Below, piece by piece: positions 36,218 to 45,300 of a stretch of 64,000 bases of DNA (positions within the stretch are counted from its first letter, which is position 1; every line of letters starts with the position of its first letter). The notes under the pieces are model-generated. The model made no database searches. It had not been told where the DNA came from and saw nothing but the letters and a program-made list of their open reading frames with translations. A program made the position numbers and the translations under genes. The DNA comes from Halarcobacter sp. (lineage in GTDB: Bacteria; Campylobacterota; Campylobacteria; Campylobacterales; Arcobacteraceae): the NCBI GenBank assembly GCA_963676565.1, contig OY781089.1, forward strand, positions 800,001 through 864,000. Direction: 5' to 3'.

Positions 36218-38350
36218 ATGTTTGGTGCACAAGAACAAGAAATAACTCTTCCTAAAATAAGAGAAGATATAAAACTTATGGATAGTGAACCAGCTGAAGA
36301 TGGTACTAAACAATGGATGCTTTTTGACCCTATTCAAAACAAATATTTTATAATAGGAATAGATACTTTTGATTTAATAAACCTATGGGAAGATGGAATC
36401 TCAAGCACAGATTTTTTACAGAAATTAGAAAAAAATGATTATGAATTAGATGAAGAAGGTTTAAGTACTTTTATTAATTTTTTAAATAACTCTGGTCTTT
36501 CAAAAAGTAAAGATGCAAATGATGCAAAAAAATTGTATGAACAAAAGCAAAAAGCTAAACAGTCCCCTTTTAAATGGTTGATTCACAATTATCTATTTAT
36601 AAAAATACCAATTTTTAAACCAGATAAATGGCTTACTAAGAACTATAATAAAATAGATTTTATGTATTCAAAAATTTGGAATTATTTAATACTTACTATA
36701 GGTTTAATAGGGATATTACTTGTTATTCAAGATTGGGAAAACTTTTCATCTACTTTTATGTATTTGTTTTCAAGTGAAGGGATGATGTATTATTTCTTAT
36801 CTTTAGTTTTTGTAAAAAGTTTTCATGAATTAGGTCATGCTTTTACAGCAAAAAGATATGGGTGTAAAATACCATCAATGGGTGTTGCATTTTTAGTAAT
36901 GTTCCCTGTTTTATATACTGATACAACAAATGCTTATGCTTTAAAATCAAAATATATGAGATTAAGAATTGCCTTAGCTGGAATGAAAGTTGAAATTTAT
37001 TTAGCTATGATAGCAACTTTTTTATGGTCATTTTTACCAGAGGGTCCTTTAAAAAGTATAGCCTTTATTATTGCAACAACTAGCTGGATTACTTCTCTTT
37101 TAGTTAATATCTCTCCATTTCTTAGGTTCGACGGTTATTATGTTTTATCAGATTGGACAAATACAAAAAATTTACAACCAAGATCCTTTGCAATGGCAAA
37201 ATGGTTTGTAAGAAAATATATCTTTGGTTTAGAAGAAGTTGAACCTGAAAATATGTCTATTTCTAGAAAAAGATTTTTTATAATCTATGCGATAGGTACC
37301 TGGATTTATAGATTCTTTTTATTTTTAAGTATTGCTTTTTTAGTTTACTATTTTGCATTTAAAGTTTTAGGAATAATACTTTTTCTAGTTGAGATTATTT
37401 GGTTTATATTTATGCCAGTATTTAAAGAATTGAAATATTGGTTTGAAAAAAGATCACAGGTTAGTTTTAACAAAAGAAATATCGTCTCTTTAGTTGTGGC
37501 TAGTTTAATACTTTTTGCTTTATTGGTTCCTTGGAGTAGTAAAGTTTATATGCCTGCTGTTCTAGTAGCTGAAGACTTAACGGATATATATAGTCCTAAA
37601 AATGGCTTTATTAAAGATATTTTTGTAAAAAATGCTCAAATAGTAAAAAAAGGTGATTTATTATTAGAAATAGAATCTGAAGAATTAGACTTTAATATTA
37701 AAAAAGTAAAAAAAGAACTTGAAATCTTAAATATTGATTTAAATAAAATTAATGTAAATAAAGACTTATTAAACAACAGATTTGTCCTTGAAGAAAATTT
37801 TTCTAAAATGAAAAAAGAGTTAGAAGGTTTATATAAATTAAGAGACTCTCTTAAATTAAAAGCACCTTTTTCAGGCACTATTTATTTTAATGATGATTTT
37901 AAAATAAAACAATATGTAAATAAAAAAGAAGCAATCTTAACTATATATAATAATAGAAGTTCAAAAGTTGTGGGCTTTTGTGAAGATGTAGATTATCAAT
38001 ATTTGAATGAATACAGTAATGGTAAGTTTATATCCAATATCCCAAATGTAGATACAATAGAAGTTTTTATGGACAAAGTATCAAATATCTCTTTAGTAAA
38101 TTTAGAATATGAAGAATTAAGTTCAGTTTATGGTGGAAAGATTGCAACTAGACAATCACAAGAGAAAAATCAAAAAGCCTTAGTCAGTGAAAAAGCCTAC
38201 TTTAAAGTAGAGGCAAAGATTGAAAACTTAGATATTAATTTTAAAACAAGAGTTGTAGGTGAGCTTATAGTTGAATCTGAAAAATCAAGTTTCGTAACTA
38301 AAATTTGGAAGAAATTATATAATGTTTTAGTAAGAGAAAGTAGTTTTTAA
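36218..38350 (+). CDS. M50 (site-2) zinc metalloprotease fused to a C-terminal HlyD-like adaptor domain, with an N-terminal PqqD/RRE-like domain
   Basis: HELGH (36824-36838) and NISPFLRFDG (from 37106) M50 motifs in a multi-TM region, followed by IYSPKNGFI...VKKGDLL, a coiled coil and LKAPFSG. Confidence 0.88.
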   Translation: MFGAQEQEITLPKIREDIKLMDSEPAEDGTKQWMLFDPIQNKYFIIGIDTFDLINLWEDGISSTDFLQKLEKNDYELDEEGLSTFINFLNNSGLSKSKDANDAKKLYEQKQKAKQSPFKWLIHNYLFIKIPIFKPDKWLTKNYNKIDFMYSKIWNYLILTIGLIGILLVIQDWENFSSTFMYLFSSEGMMYYFLSLVFVKSFHELGHAFTAKRYGCKIPSMGVAFLVMFPVLYTDTTNAYALKSKYMRLRIALAGMKVEIYLAMIATFLWSFLPEGPLKSIAFIIATTSWITSLLVNISPFLRFDGYYVLSDWTNTKNLQPRSFAMAKWFVRKYIFGLEEVEPENMSISRKRFFIIYAIGTWIYRFFLFLSIAFLVYYFAFKVLGIILFLVEIIWFIFMPVFKELKYWFEKRSQVSFNKRNIVSLVVASLILFALLVPWSSKVYMPAVLVAEDLTDIYSPKNGFIKDIFVKNAQIVKKGDLLLEIESEELDFNIKKVKKELEILNIDLNKINVNKDLLNNRFVLEENFSKMKKELEGLYKLRDSLKLKAPFSGTIYFNDDFKIKQYVNKKEAILTIYNNRSSKVVGFCEDVDYQYLNEYSNGKFISNIPNVDTIEVFMDKVSNISLVNLEYEELSSVYGGKIATRQSQEKNQKALVSEKAYFKVEAKIENLDINFKTRVVGELIVESEKSSFVTKIWKKLYNVLVRESSF

Positions 38351-38352
38351 AA

Positions 38353-39036
38353 CTACTTTTCTAATCTAGAATTTTTTTCTTCAATCCCAGATAAACCAAA
38401 TCTTCTAGCTATCTCTTGTTTAATTTGGTCTGGATTTATATTTTTAGAAGCAAGGGCAACCATACAGTGATAAACTAAATCAGCAGCTTCATAAACTATC
38501 TCTTCTTTGTCATCATCTTTTACTGCAAAGGTAAATTCTCCAGCTTCTTCAACAATCTTTTTAAGCATAGAGTTTTGTTTACCATTTAAAAGTTTTGCTG
38601 TGTATGATTTTGTTGGGTCATCATTTTTTCTTGACTCTATTACATGGTAAAGGTTATCAATAACTCCATATGCTGATGTTGTATCTATCTCTACTTCTGA
38701 TGTTGTTTCTTTTGTTTCTAAGTTTGTAAAGAAACATGATTTTCTTCCTGTATGACAAGCAACACCAGTTTGCTCAACTTTTAATAAAAGTGTATCATTA
38801 TCACAATCAATTAAAATATCTTTTACATCTTGAATATGTCCAGAGCTTTCACCTTTTTTCCAGATTCTTTGTTTAGTTCTAGAAAAATAGTGAGCTTGTT
38901 TTGTTTTTATTGTTAAATCTAAAGCTTCTTTATCCATATATGCCATCATCAATACTTCATTTGTACTTGAATCTTGTGTTATTACTGGAACCATGCCATC
39001 AACTTTTTCCCAGTTTATTAATTCACTATTTGTCAT
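38353..39036 (-). CDS. hisIE: Bifunctional phosphoribosyl-AMP cyclohydrolase / phosphoribosyl-ATP pyrophosphatase
   Basis: YFSRTKQRIWKKGESSG, DCDNDTLL, ACHTGRKSCF, SYTAKL, KKIVEEAGE and YEAADLVYH. Confidence 0.97.
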   Translation of the reverse strand: MTNSELINWEKVDGMVPVITQDSSTNEVLMMAYMDKEALDLTIKTKQAHYFSRTKQRIWKKGESSGHIQDVKDILIDCDNDTLLLKVEQTGVACHTGRKSCFFTNLETKETTSEVEIDTTSAYGVIDNLYHVIESRKNDDPTKSYTAKLLNGKQNSMLKKIVEEAGEFTFAVKDDDKEEIVYEAADLVYHCMVALASKNINPDQIKQEIARRFGLSGIEEKNSRLEK

Positions 39037-39044
39037 TTTTTACC

Positions 39045-39299
39045 TTAAAATTTTGATCCAATATTGATATTTACATTATCAATTGTTTTAGTTTCTTTAT
39101 TTACACCAACATCCCCATCAATTTCAAGTTTCTTTTTTCTTTTTTGTTTCTGTTTTACTTGGGGAACTTCATTTAAAAGATTTTCTTTCTTTTCATAATA
39201 CTCTTTTGTTTTTTCAAGTTTAATTGTATCATCAATAATAATTTCATCTTGCGAGTATGTTATGTTTAAGAGTATTAGAAAAAGAAATAGGGGTTTCAT
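39045..39299 (-). CDS. Small hypothetical exported protein (84 aa)
   Basis: Signal-peptide-like N-terminus MKPLFLFLILLNITYS; co-oriented and 8 bp upstream of hisIE. Confidence 0.6.
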   Translation of the reverse strand: MKPLFLFLILLNITYSQDEIIIDDTIKLEKTKEYYEKKENLLNEVPQVKQKQKRKKKLEIDGDVGVNKETKTIDNVNINIGSKF

Positions 39300-39311
39300 A
39301 GAAATAGCTTT

Positions 39312-39340
39312 TCAATAAGAGTGAAATTCACTCTTATTGA
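39312..39340 (-). terminator. Hairpin over the SPFH gene stop; probable terminator
   Basis: TCAATAAGAGTGAA-A-TTCACTCTTATTGA inverted repeat. Confidence 0.55.
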
Positions 39341-40428
39341 TTATTAATTACAGTATCTCTTGTTTTACTTTTAGTATCAACCCAGATATTTGGAGTTGAA
39401 CCACCAGGAGTTAAGAAAATTTTAGCATCTTTATTTTCTCTAAGTGCTTCGTTAAATTTACCTTGAACTTGAATTTGTTGCATTTGAAGTAATTCACCAG
39501 TTAAAGATTTTGCAATCTCTTTATTTGCTGCTGCTTGTGCTTTAGCTTCAATTGTTACAGCATCAGCTCTACCTTGTGCTTCAATTCTGTTTTTGTCAGC
39601 TTCACCTTGCGCAAGTGCAGCTTTTTTCTCAGCTTCTTGTTTAGCTCTTTCAACTTCATATCTAACTCTTTGAGCTTCTTGATTTGCTATTTGAACTCTT
39701 TCAATTTGATCTTTGATTTTTTCTGGAAGAACAATCTCTCTTAATTGAACAGATTCAACAGAAACAGGTTTGCTTGCAAGTGATTCAATTTGAGTTCTAA
39801 TACCATTTTCAATCATTGTTGCAATTTCATTTCTTCTTGTTGGTAACTCTTCAGCGTTAAATCCACCTACAACATTTCTTACAATATTTCTAACAACCGG
39901 GTTAACAATTTTATCTTCCCATGCTGGTCCCCATGTAGCAATTGTTAATGGAGCACCATCAGCAGTTAGTCTATATTGAACAGTTAATTCAATAGAAACT
40001 GGTAAACCCCTAGCATCAAGAATATTAATTGCTGGGTTACTTCTAATACTTTGGTCAAAACCATTACTTGTTTCAACAGAAGCATAATTCATAAGTCTAA
40101 CTTTTGTATCTACAACTGTAACTTTTTGGTATCCTGGTAGAATGAAGTGAAAACCTGGTCTTAATGGTTGCTCTTCATATTTACCTAATGTTTGTTTAAT
40201 ACCAACATTACCTGACTCAATTGTCATAAATGGTTTTGTTATAAATAAAATAGCAAAAATAATTACAATAGCGTAAATAAATCCTGCCTTTTTACCAAAA
40301 CTTTTGAAGAATTCTGGCGGCTCAAAAGGTGGTTGATAATTTCCTCCACCACCATTTCCACCAGATCCATTACCATTACTTTTGTTTTGCTGTTGTCTAT
40401 TTTTAAAATAGTCGTTATCAATTGGCAT
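39334..40428 (-). CDS. SPFH / prohibitin / band 7 family membrane protein
   Basis: Gly/Asn-rich N-terminus, one TM segment, PGFHFILP, VESVQLREIVLP and an Ala/Glu-rich coiled coil (AQGEAD...EAQGRAD). Confidence 0.9.
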   Translation of the reverse strand: MPIDNDYFKNRQQQNKSNGNGSGGNGGGGNYQPPFEPPEFFKSFGKKAGFIYAIVIIFAILFITKPFMTIESGNVGIKQTLGKYEEQPLRPGFHFILPGYQKVTVVDTKVRLMNYASVETSNGFDQSIRSNPAINILDARGLPVSIELTVQYRLTADGAPLTIATWGPAWEDKIVNPVVRNIVRNVVGGFNAEELPTRRNEIATMIENGIRTQIESLASKPVSVESVQLREIVLPEKIKDQIERVQIANQEAQRVRYEVERAKQEAEKKAALAQGEADKNRIEAQGRADAVTIEAKAQAAANKEIAKSLTGELLQMQQIQVQGKFNEALRENKDAKIFLTPGGSTPNIWVDTKSKTRDTVINNQ

Positions 40429-40450
40429 ATTTACTACCCTTTTTTATTTT

Positions 40451-41371
40451 TTAGTTTACGTAAGTTAAATACTTAACATACTTTTCATTTTTACCTTGAA
40501 CTACATCAAAGTAAGCCTTTTGAAGTGCTTCAGTTACGCTACCTCTTTCTCCTGCTCCAATAATTCTACAATCAACTTCTCTAATTGGAGTTACTTCTAC
40601 AGCAGTTCCAGTGAAGAATGCTTCATCTGCAATATAAATCTCTTCTCTTGTAATTCTTCTTCTAACAACTTCATAACCCATATCTTTTGCAATATCAATT
40701 ACAGTTGCTTGTGTAATTGATTCTAATGAGTTATCATTTGGTGGAGTAATAATAACTCCATCTCTTACAATAAAGAAACAAGCACCAGAAGCTTCTGCAA
40801 TATAACCTTGGTCATCTCTTAATAAAGCTTCATCATAACCAGCTTCAACTGCTTCAAATTTTGCCATTTGAGAGTTTAAATAGTTAGCAACCGCTTTTGC
40901 TTTTCCCATACCTGAAGTATTAGGAGTTCTTGTCATAGATGAAATTTTTACTCTAACACCTTTTTTCATACCCTCTTCACCAAGATATGCTCCCCATTCC
41001 CATGCAGAAATCGAAACTTGTGCAGGAGCATCTTTGTGATAAAGTCCCATAACTCCATAACCAAGATATACTAAAGGTCTAATATAAGCACCTTCAAATA
41101 ACTCATTTTTTTGTAATAATTCAACTTGAGCATCATTTAACTCTTTTGCTGAAAAAGGAACATCAATTAAAGTCATTTTAGAAGAATTTAAAAGTCTTTT
41201 TGTGTGTTCTTCTAATTTGAAAATTGCACATCTTCCATCATGAGTTTTATAAGCTTTTGTACCTTCAATTGCACCATTACCATAGTGTAATGTGTGGCTT
41301 AATACATGAACTTTTGCTTCATGCCAATCAACAAATTTCCCATCCATCCAGATGTATTTTGCTTCAGTCAT
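40451..41371 (-). CDS. ilvE: Branched-chain amino acid aminotransferase
   Basis: YIWMDG, LHYGNGAIEG, YIRPL, KAKAVANY and EAFFTGTAVEVTP; start set at MTEAKY (41371) behind an AGGA RBS. Confidence 0.95.
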   Translation of the reverse strand: MTEAKYIWMDGKFVDWHEAKVHVLSHTLHYGNGAIEGTKAYKTHDGRCAIFKLEEHTKRLLNSSKMTLIDVPFSAKELNDAQVELLQKNELFEGAYIRPLVYLGYGVMGLYHKDAPAQVSISAWEWGAYLGEEGMKKGVRVKISSMTRTPNTSGMGKAKAVANYLNSQMAKFEAVEAGYDEALLRDDQGYIAEASGACFFIVRDGVIITPPNDNSLESITQATVIDIAKDMGYEVVRRRITREEIYIADEAFFTGTAVEVTPIREVDCRIIGAGERGSVTEALQKAYFDVVQGKNEKYVKYLTYVN

Positions 41372-41453
41372 TTTTATAATCCTATATATCGTTTGAAATT
41401 TAGCAGATAGTCTATCTAAGGTTTTATTAAAGTTTAGTGAGATAAAAGATTTA

Positions 41454-41640
41454 TATAATTTGTAATAAGAGTTTTTTATATATGGTCTATTAATATTCCA
41501 CCAAAATAAATAAGAAAGTGAAAAAGAGTAACTTGTTACTCTCTTTAGGATTTGCTTCTTTAAAGGGAATTTACTTCCCTTGGTAAAAGAAGTAATAAAT
41601 ATGTGGTCCCTAAAAAATGGGACATTTTTTAGGAGATTAG
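41454..41640 (+). promoter_or_regulatory. Putative promoter plus long structured 5' leader (candidate cis-regulatory RNA)
   Basis: TATAAT at 41454-41459, followed by three hairpins (about 41521-41546, 41552-41595 and 41606-41633), the last overlapping the AGGAG RBS. Confidence 0.5.
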
Positions 41641-42237
41641 ATGAGCCAACAAGAGTTTTGGAATAGTAAATTTTCAAGGGAAGGTTTTTTATATGGCTTA
41701 AAACCAAATGGTTTTATAGCTTCAAAAATCAAATCATTTCCAAAAGATGCAAAGGTTTTATGTTTAGGTGAGGGTGAAGGAAGAAATGCAATCTTTCTAG
41801 CAAGAAGAGGTTTTGATGTAACAGCAATTGATGCTTCTGATGTGGGGCTTGATAAACTAAAACAAAGAGCAAAAGAAGAAAACCTTGAGATAAAAACAAT
41901 ATGTATGGACTTAAATCATTGGGAAGATGATTCAAAATATGATGTAATAGTTGCTTCATTTTTGCATATGTATAAAAAAGATAGAGATAAATTGTTTGAA
42001 AAAATCGATGACTGTTTAAATGTTGATGGTTTATTTGTAGGGGAGTTTTTCTCTCAAAAACAAATATCTTATAGTAGTGGTGGACCAAAAGATTTAGACC
42101 TTTTATACACAGTTGAAGATTTTAAATCACATTACACTTTTAGTGATGGAGAAGTTAAAGAACAAATTACAATTTTAGATGAGGGTAAAGGTCACCAAGG
42201 TGAGGCTTGTGTGATAAGGGTATTTTTAGAAAAATAG
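41641..42237 (+). CDS. Class I SAM-dependent methyltransferase (TehB-like)
   Basis: FWNSKF...YGLKPN, VLCLGEGEGRNA, VTAIDAS and SGGP; AGGAG RBS. Confidence 0.88.
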   Translation: MSQQEFWNSKFSREGFLYGLKPNGFIASKIKSFPKDAKVLCLGEGEGRNAIFLARRGFDVTAIDASDVGLDKLKQRAKEENLEIKTICMDLNHWEDDSKYDVIVASFLHMYKKDRDKLFEKIDDCLNVDGLFVGEFFSQKQISYSSGGPKDLDLLYTVEDFKSHYTFSDGEVKEQITILDEGKGHQGEACVIRVFLEK

Positions 42238-42327
42238 CCTAAGCCCCCTTTACAAAATTTTAATCTAATTTTAAATATACTATAGACCTTTTACAATAAC
42301 AAATTTAATAAAATTTAAGAAGACTTA

Positions 42328-45300
42328 ATGACAGAAAAAATAAAAAAATTAATTGAAGAAAAAGTTTTAATTATCGATGGAGCTATGGGTACACAGCTTC
42401 AACTTGCAGATATCAAAAATGAAGAATGGCAATATGAAGGGAATGATTTAGAAGGTTGTAATGAACTTTTAAATTTAACTGCTCCACATATTCTTGAAAC
42501 TATTCATGATAATTATGCCAAAGCAGGTGCAAATTTTTTAACTACAAATACTTTTGGTTCAATGCCCTGGGTTTTAGATGAGTATGGAATACCTGAAACT
42601 TCTTATGAATTATCAAAATTAGGTGCTCAAATTGCCAACAAGTCTAAAGAAAAATATAGCACTCCTGAAGATCCAAAATTTGTATTTGGTTCAATAGGTC
42701 CAGGAACAAAACTTCCATCATTGGGACATATAAAATATGATGAGATGTTTGAAGGGTATAAAATCATGGCTAAGGGTTTAGCTGATGGTGGGACAGATGT
42801 ATTTTTATTAGAAACTTGTCAAGATCCATTACAAATAAAAGCTGCCCTACATGCTTTAAATGAAGTAGCTCCTCATATACCTATTATGGTAAGTGTTACT
42901 ATTGAGATGTCAGGAACTATGTTAATTGGAACTGATGCCATGACAATTGCAGCTATATTAGAGCCTTTTAATATTTTATCTTTAGGATTTAACTGTGGAA
43001 CTGGGCCAAAACAAGTTCATAAACATGTTAAAGCTTTAAGTGAAGTTTGTAAATTCCCAATCTCTGTTCATGCAAATGCAGGACTTCCTCAAAATAGAGG
43101 TGGACAAACTTATTATCCAATGGGACCAGATGAGTTTACAAAATTACAAAAAGAGTTTCTTGAGATAAATGGAGTTAGTTTTTTAGGTGGTTGTTGTGGT
43201 ACAACACCTGAACATATTAAGGCTTTAAGTCAAGGTGTTAAAGGGATTAAACCTTTAAAACCTTGTGGATTTTTAAAAGCATCATTAGCTTCACTATTTA
43301 ATGTTGTTCCTTTAAAACAAGACCCAGCACCTTTATTAATTGGTGAGAGATCAAATGCAACTGGATCTAAAGCCTTTAGAGAGCTTCTAAAAGCAAATGA
43401 TTATGAAGGAACACTTTCAGTTGGTCAACAGCAAGTAAGAGCTGGTGCTCATGTTATTGATGTAAGTGTTGGTTTTGCTGGACGTGATGAAACTGGTGAT
43501 ATGGATAAAGTGGTTGAGCTTTATTCTCAAAAAGTTTCACTACCACTTATGCCCGATTCTACTCAAGTTCCAGCACTAGAAGCTGCCTTAAAACAAATTG
43601 GTGGACGATGTATAATCAACTCAGTAAACCTTGAAGATGGGGAAGAGAAGTTTGATATAGTTTGTAAGTTGGCTAAAAAATTTGGAGCTGCACTTGTTTG
43701 TTTAGTTATTGATGAAGTTGGAATGGCAAAAACAAAAGAGCGTAAGCTTGAAATTGCTGAAAGAATCTATGACTTATGTGTAAATAGGCATGGCTTTAAA
43801 GGTGAAGATTTAGTATTTGATATGCTTACCTTTACAATTGGTTCAGGTGATGATGAATATAGAACAGCAGGAATTGAGACACTTGAAGCTATTAGGGAAT
43901 TTCAAATAAGACATCCAGAAGTTGGAACAACTTTAGGACTTTCAAATATCTCATTTGGATTATCTGTAAATGCAAGAATATATTTAAATTCTATCTATTT
44001 AGACCATTGTGTAAAAGCTGGATTAACATCTGCTATTGTAAATGTTAAACATATCTTGCCATTAAATAAAATTAGTGAAGATGATAAAAAAGCTTGTGAT
44101 GATTTAATTTTTAATAACCAAGAAAACGGTGACCCATTATTTAAATTTATTGAACATTTTTCAAATGTTGCTGATATGGAAGAGCAAAGTGATGAAGAGT
44201 ATCAAAAACTTGAACCAATTGATAAAGTTAAAAAACTTTTACTTGATGGTGATAAAGATAGAATGCTTCCACTTGTGGATGAATTAAGACACACAGTTAA
44301 TCCTGAAATTATTGTAAATGAATGGTTGATTGATGGAATGAAAGTTATTGGAGAGCTATTTGGAAGTGGACAAATGCAATTACCATTTGTACTTCAAAGT
44401 GCTGAAACAATGAAAGCAACAGTTGATGCTTTAAACCCATATTTACCAAAAGAGGAAAAAGCTAGTGAAACAGTTTTAGTTTTAGGAACTGTTAAAGGTG
44501 ATGTTCACGATGTTGGTAAAAACTTAGTTGATATTATTCTTTCGAATAATGGATTTAAAGTTATAAATATTGGTATTAAAGCTGATTTAAACGATTTTAT
44601 AATAGCTGTACGTGAACATAAAGCCCAAGCAATTGGAATGAGTGGCTTACTTGTAAAATCAACTGCTGTTATGAAAGAAAATTTAGAAACACTTCAAAAA
44701 GAGGGGATTGATATCCCTGTACTTTTAGGTGGAGCTGCACTTACAAAAAGTTTTGTAAACGATTATTGTAGACCAATTTATGATGGACCAATTTTTTATT
44801 GTAGAGATGCCTTTGATGGTGTTGTTTCTATGCAAAGAATCGAAAGTGGAGAGCTTGATAATACAGCACTTGCAGCAGATTTAGTAGATGATGAAGAGAT
44901 TGCCAAAAAAGAAGAGGCTGAAGTAAAAATCGATGAAGCGGATGTAGTTTTACCAGAACCAGGAACTTTTACATTCCCTCCATTATGGGGAAGAGTTGCT
45001 TTATATGGAGATTCTGTAGATCAAGATTTAATTTATAAATGGATAAACCATAGGGTTTTATTTAGACAAAGATGGGGATATAAAAGGGGTAAACAAGACT
45101 CACAAGAATTTTTAGAACATGAAGAAAATGTTGTGAAACCACTTTATGAAAAATTAAAAGATGAATTTTTTGAAAAGAAACTTTTTGACCCAATTGCTAT
45201 TTATGCATATTATCCATGTATTTCAAAGGAGAATAAACTTTATATTTTCTCTCCTGAATATGCCTTCCATAGTGAAAAGGAAGCAAAAAATATTCCACCA

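Noticed and set aside
41540..41600. Cobalamin or SAM-II riboswitch call based on AAAGGGAA and GATTT...ATAAAT...CTAAA fragments
   Set aside because: The remaining consensus elements and pairings of those families could not be found, so the region is kept only as an unclassified candidate.
41372..41707. 112-aa N-terminal extension of the ilvE ORF in the ORF track
   Set aside because: Homology to IlvE begins at MTEAKYIWMDG, which has its own RBS. The extension overlaps the divergent methyltransferase gene and looks like translated intergenic DNA.
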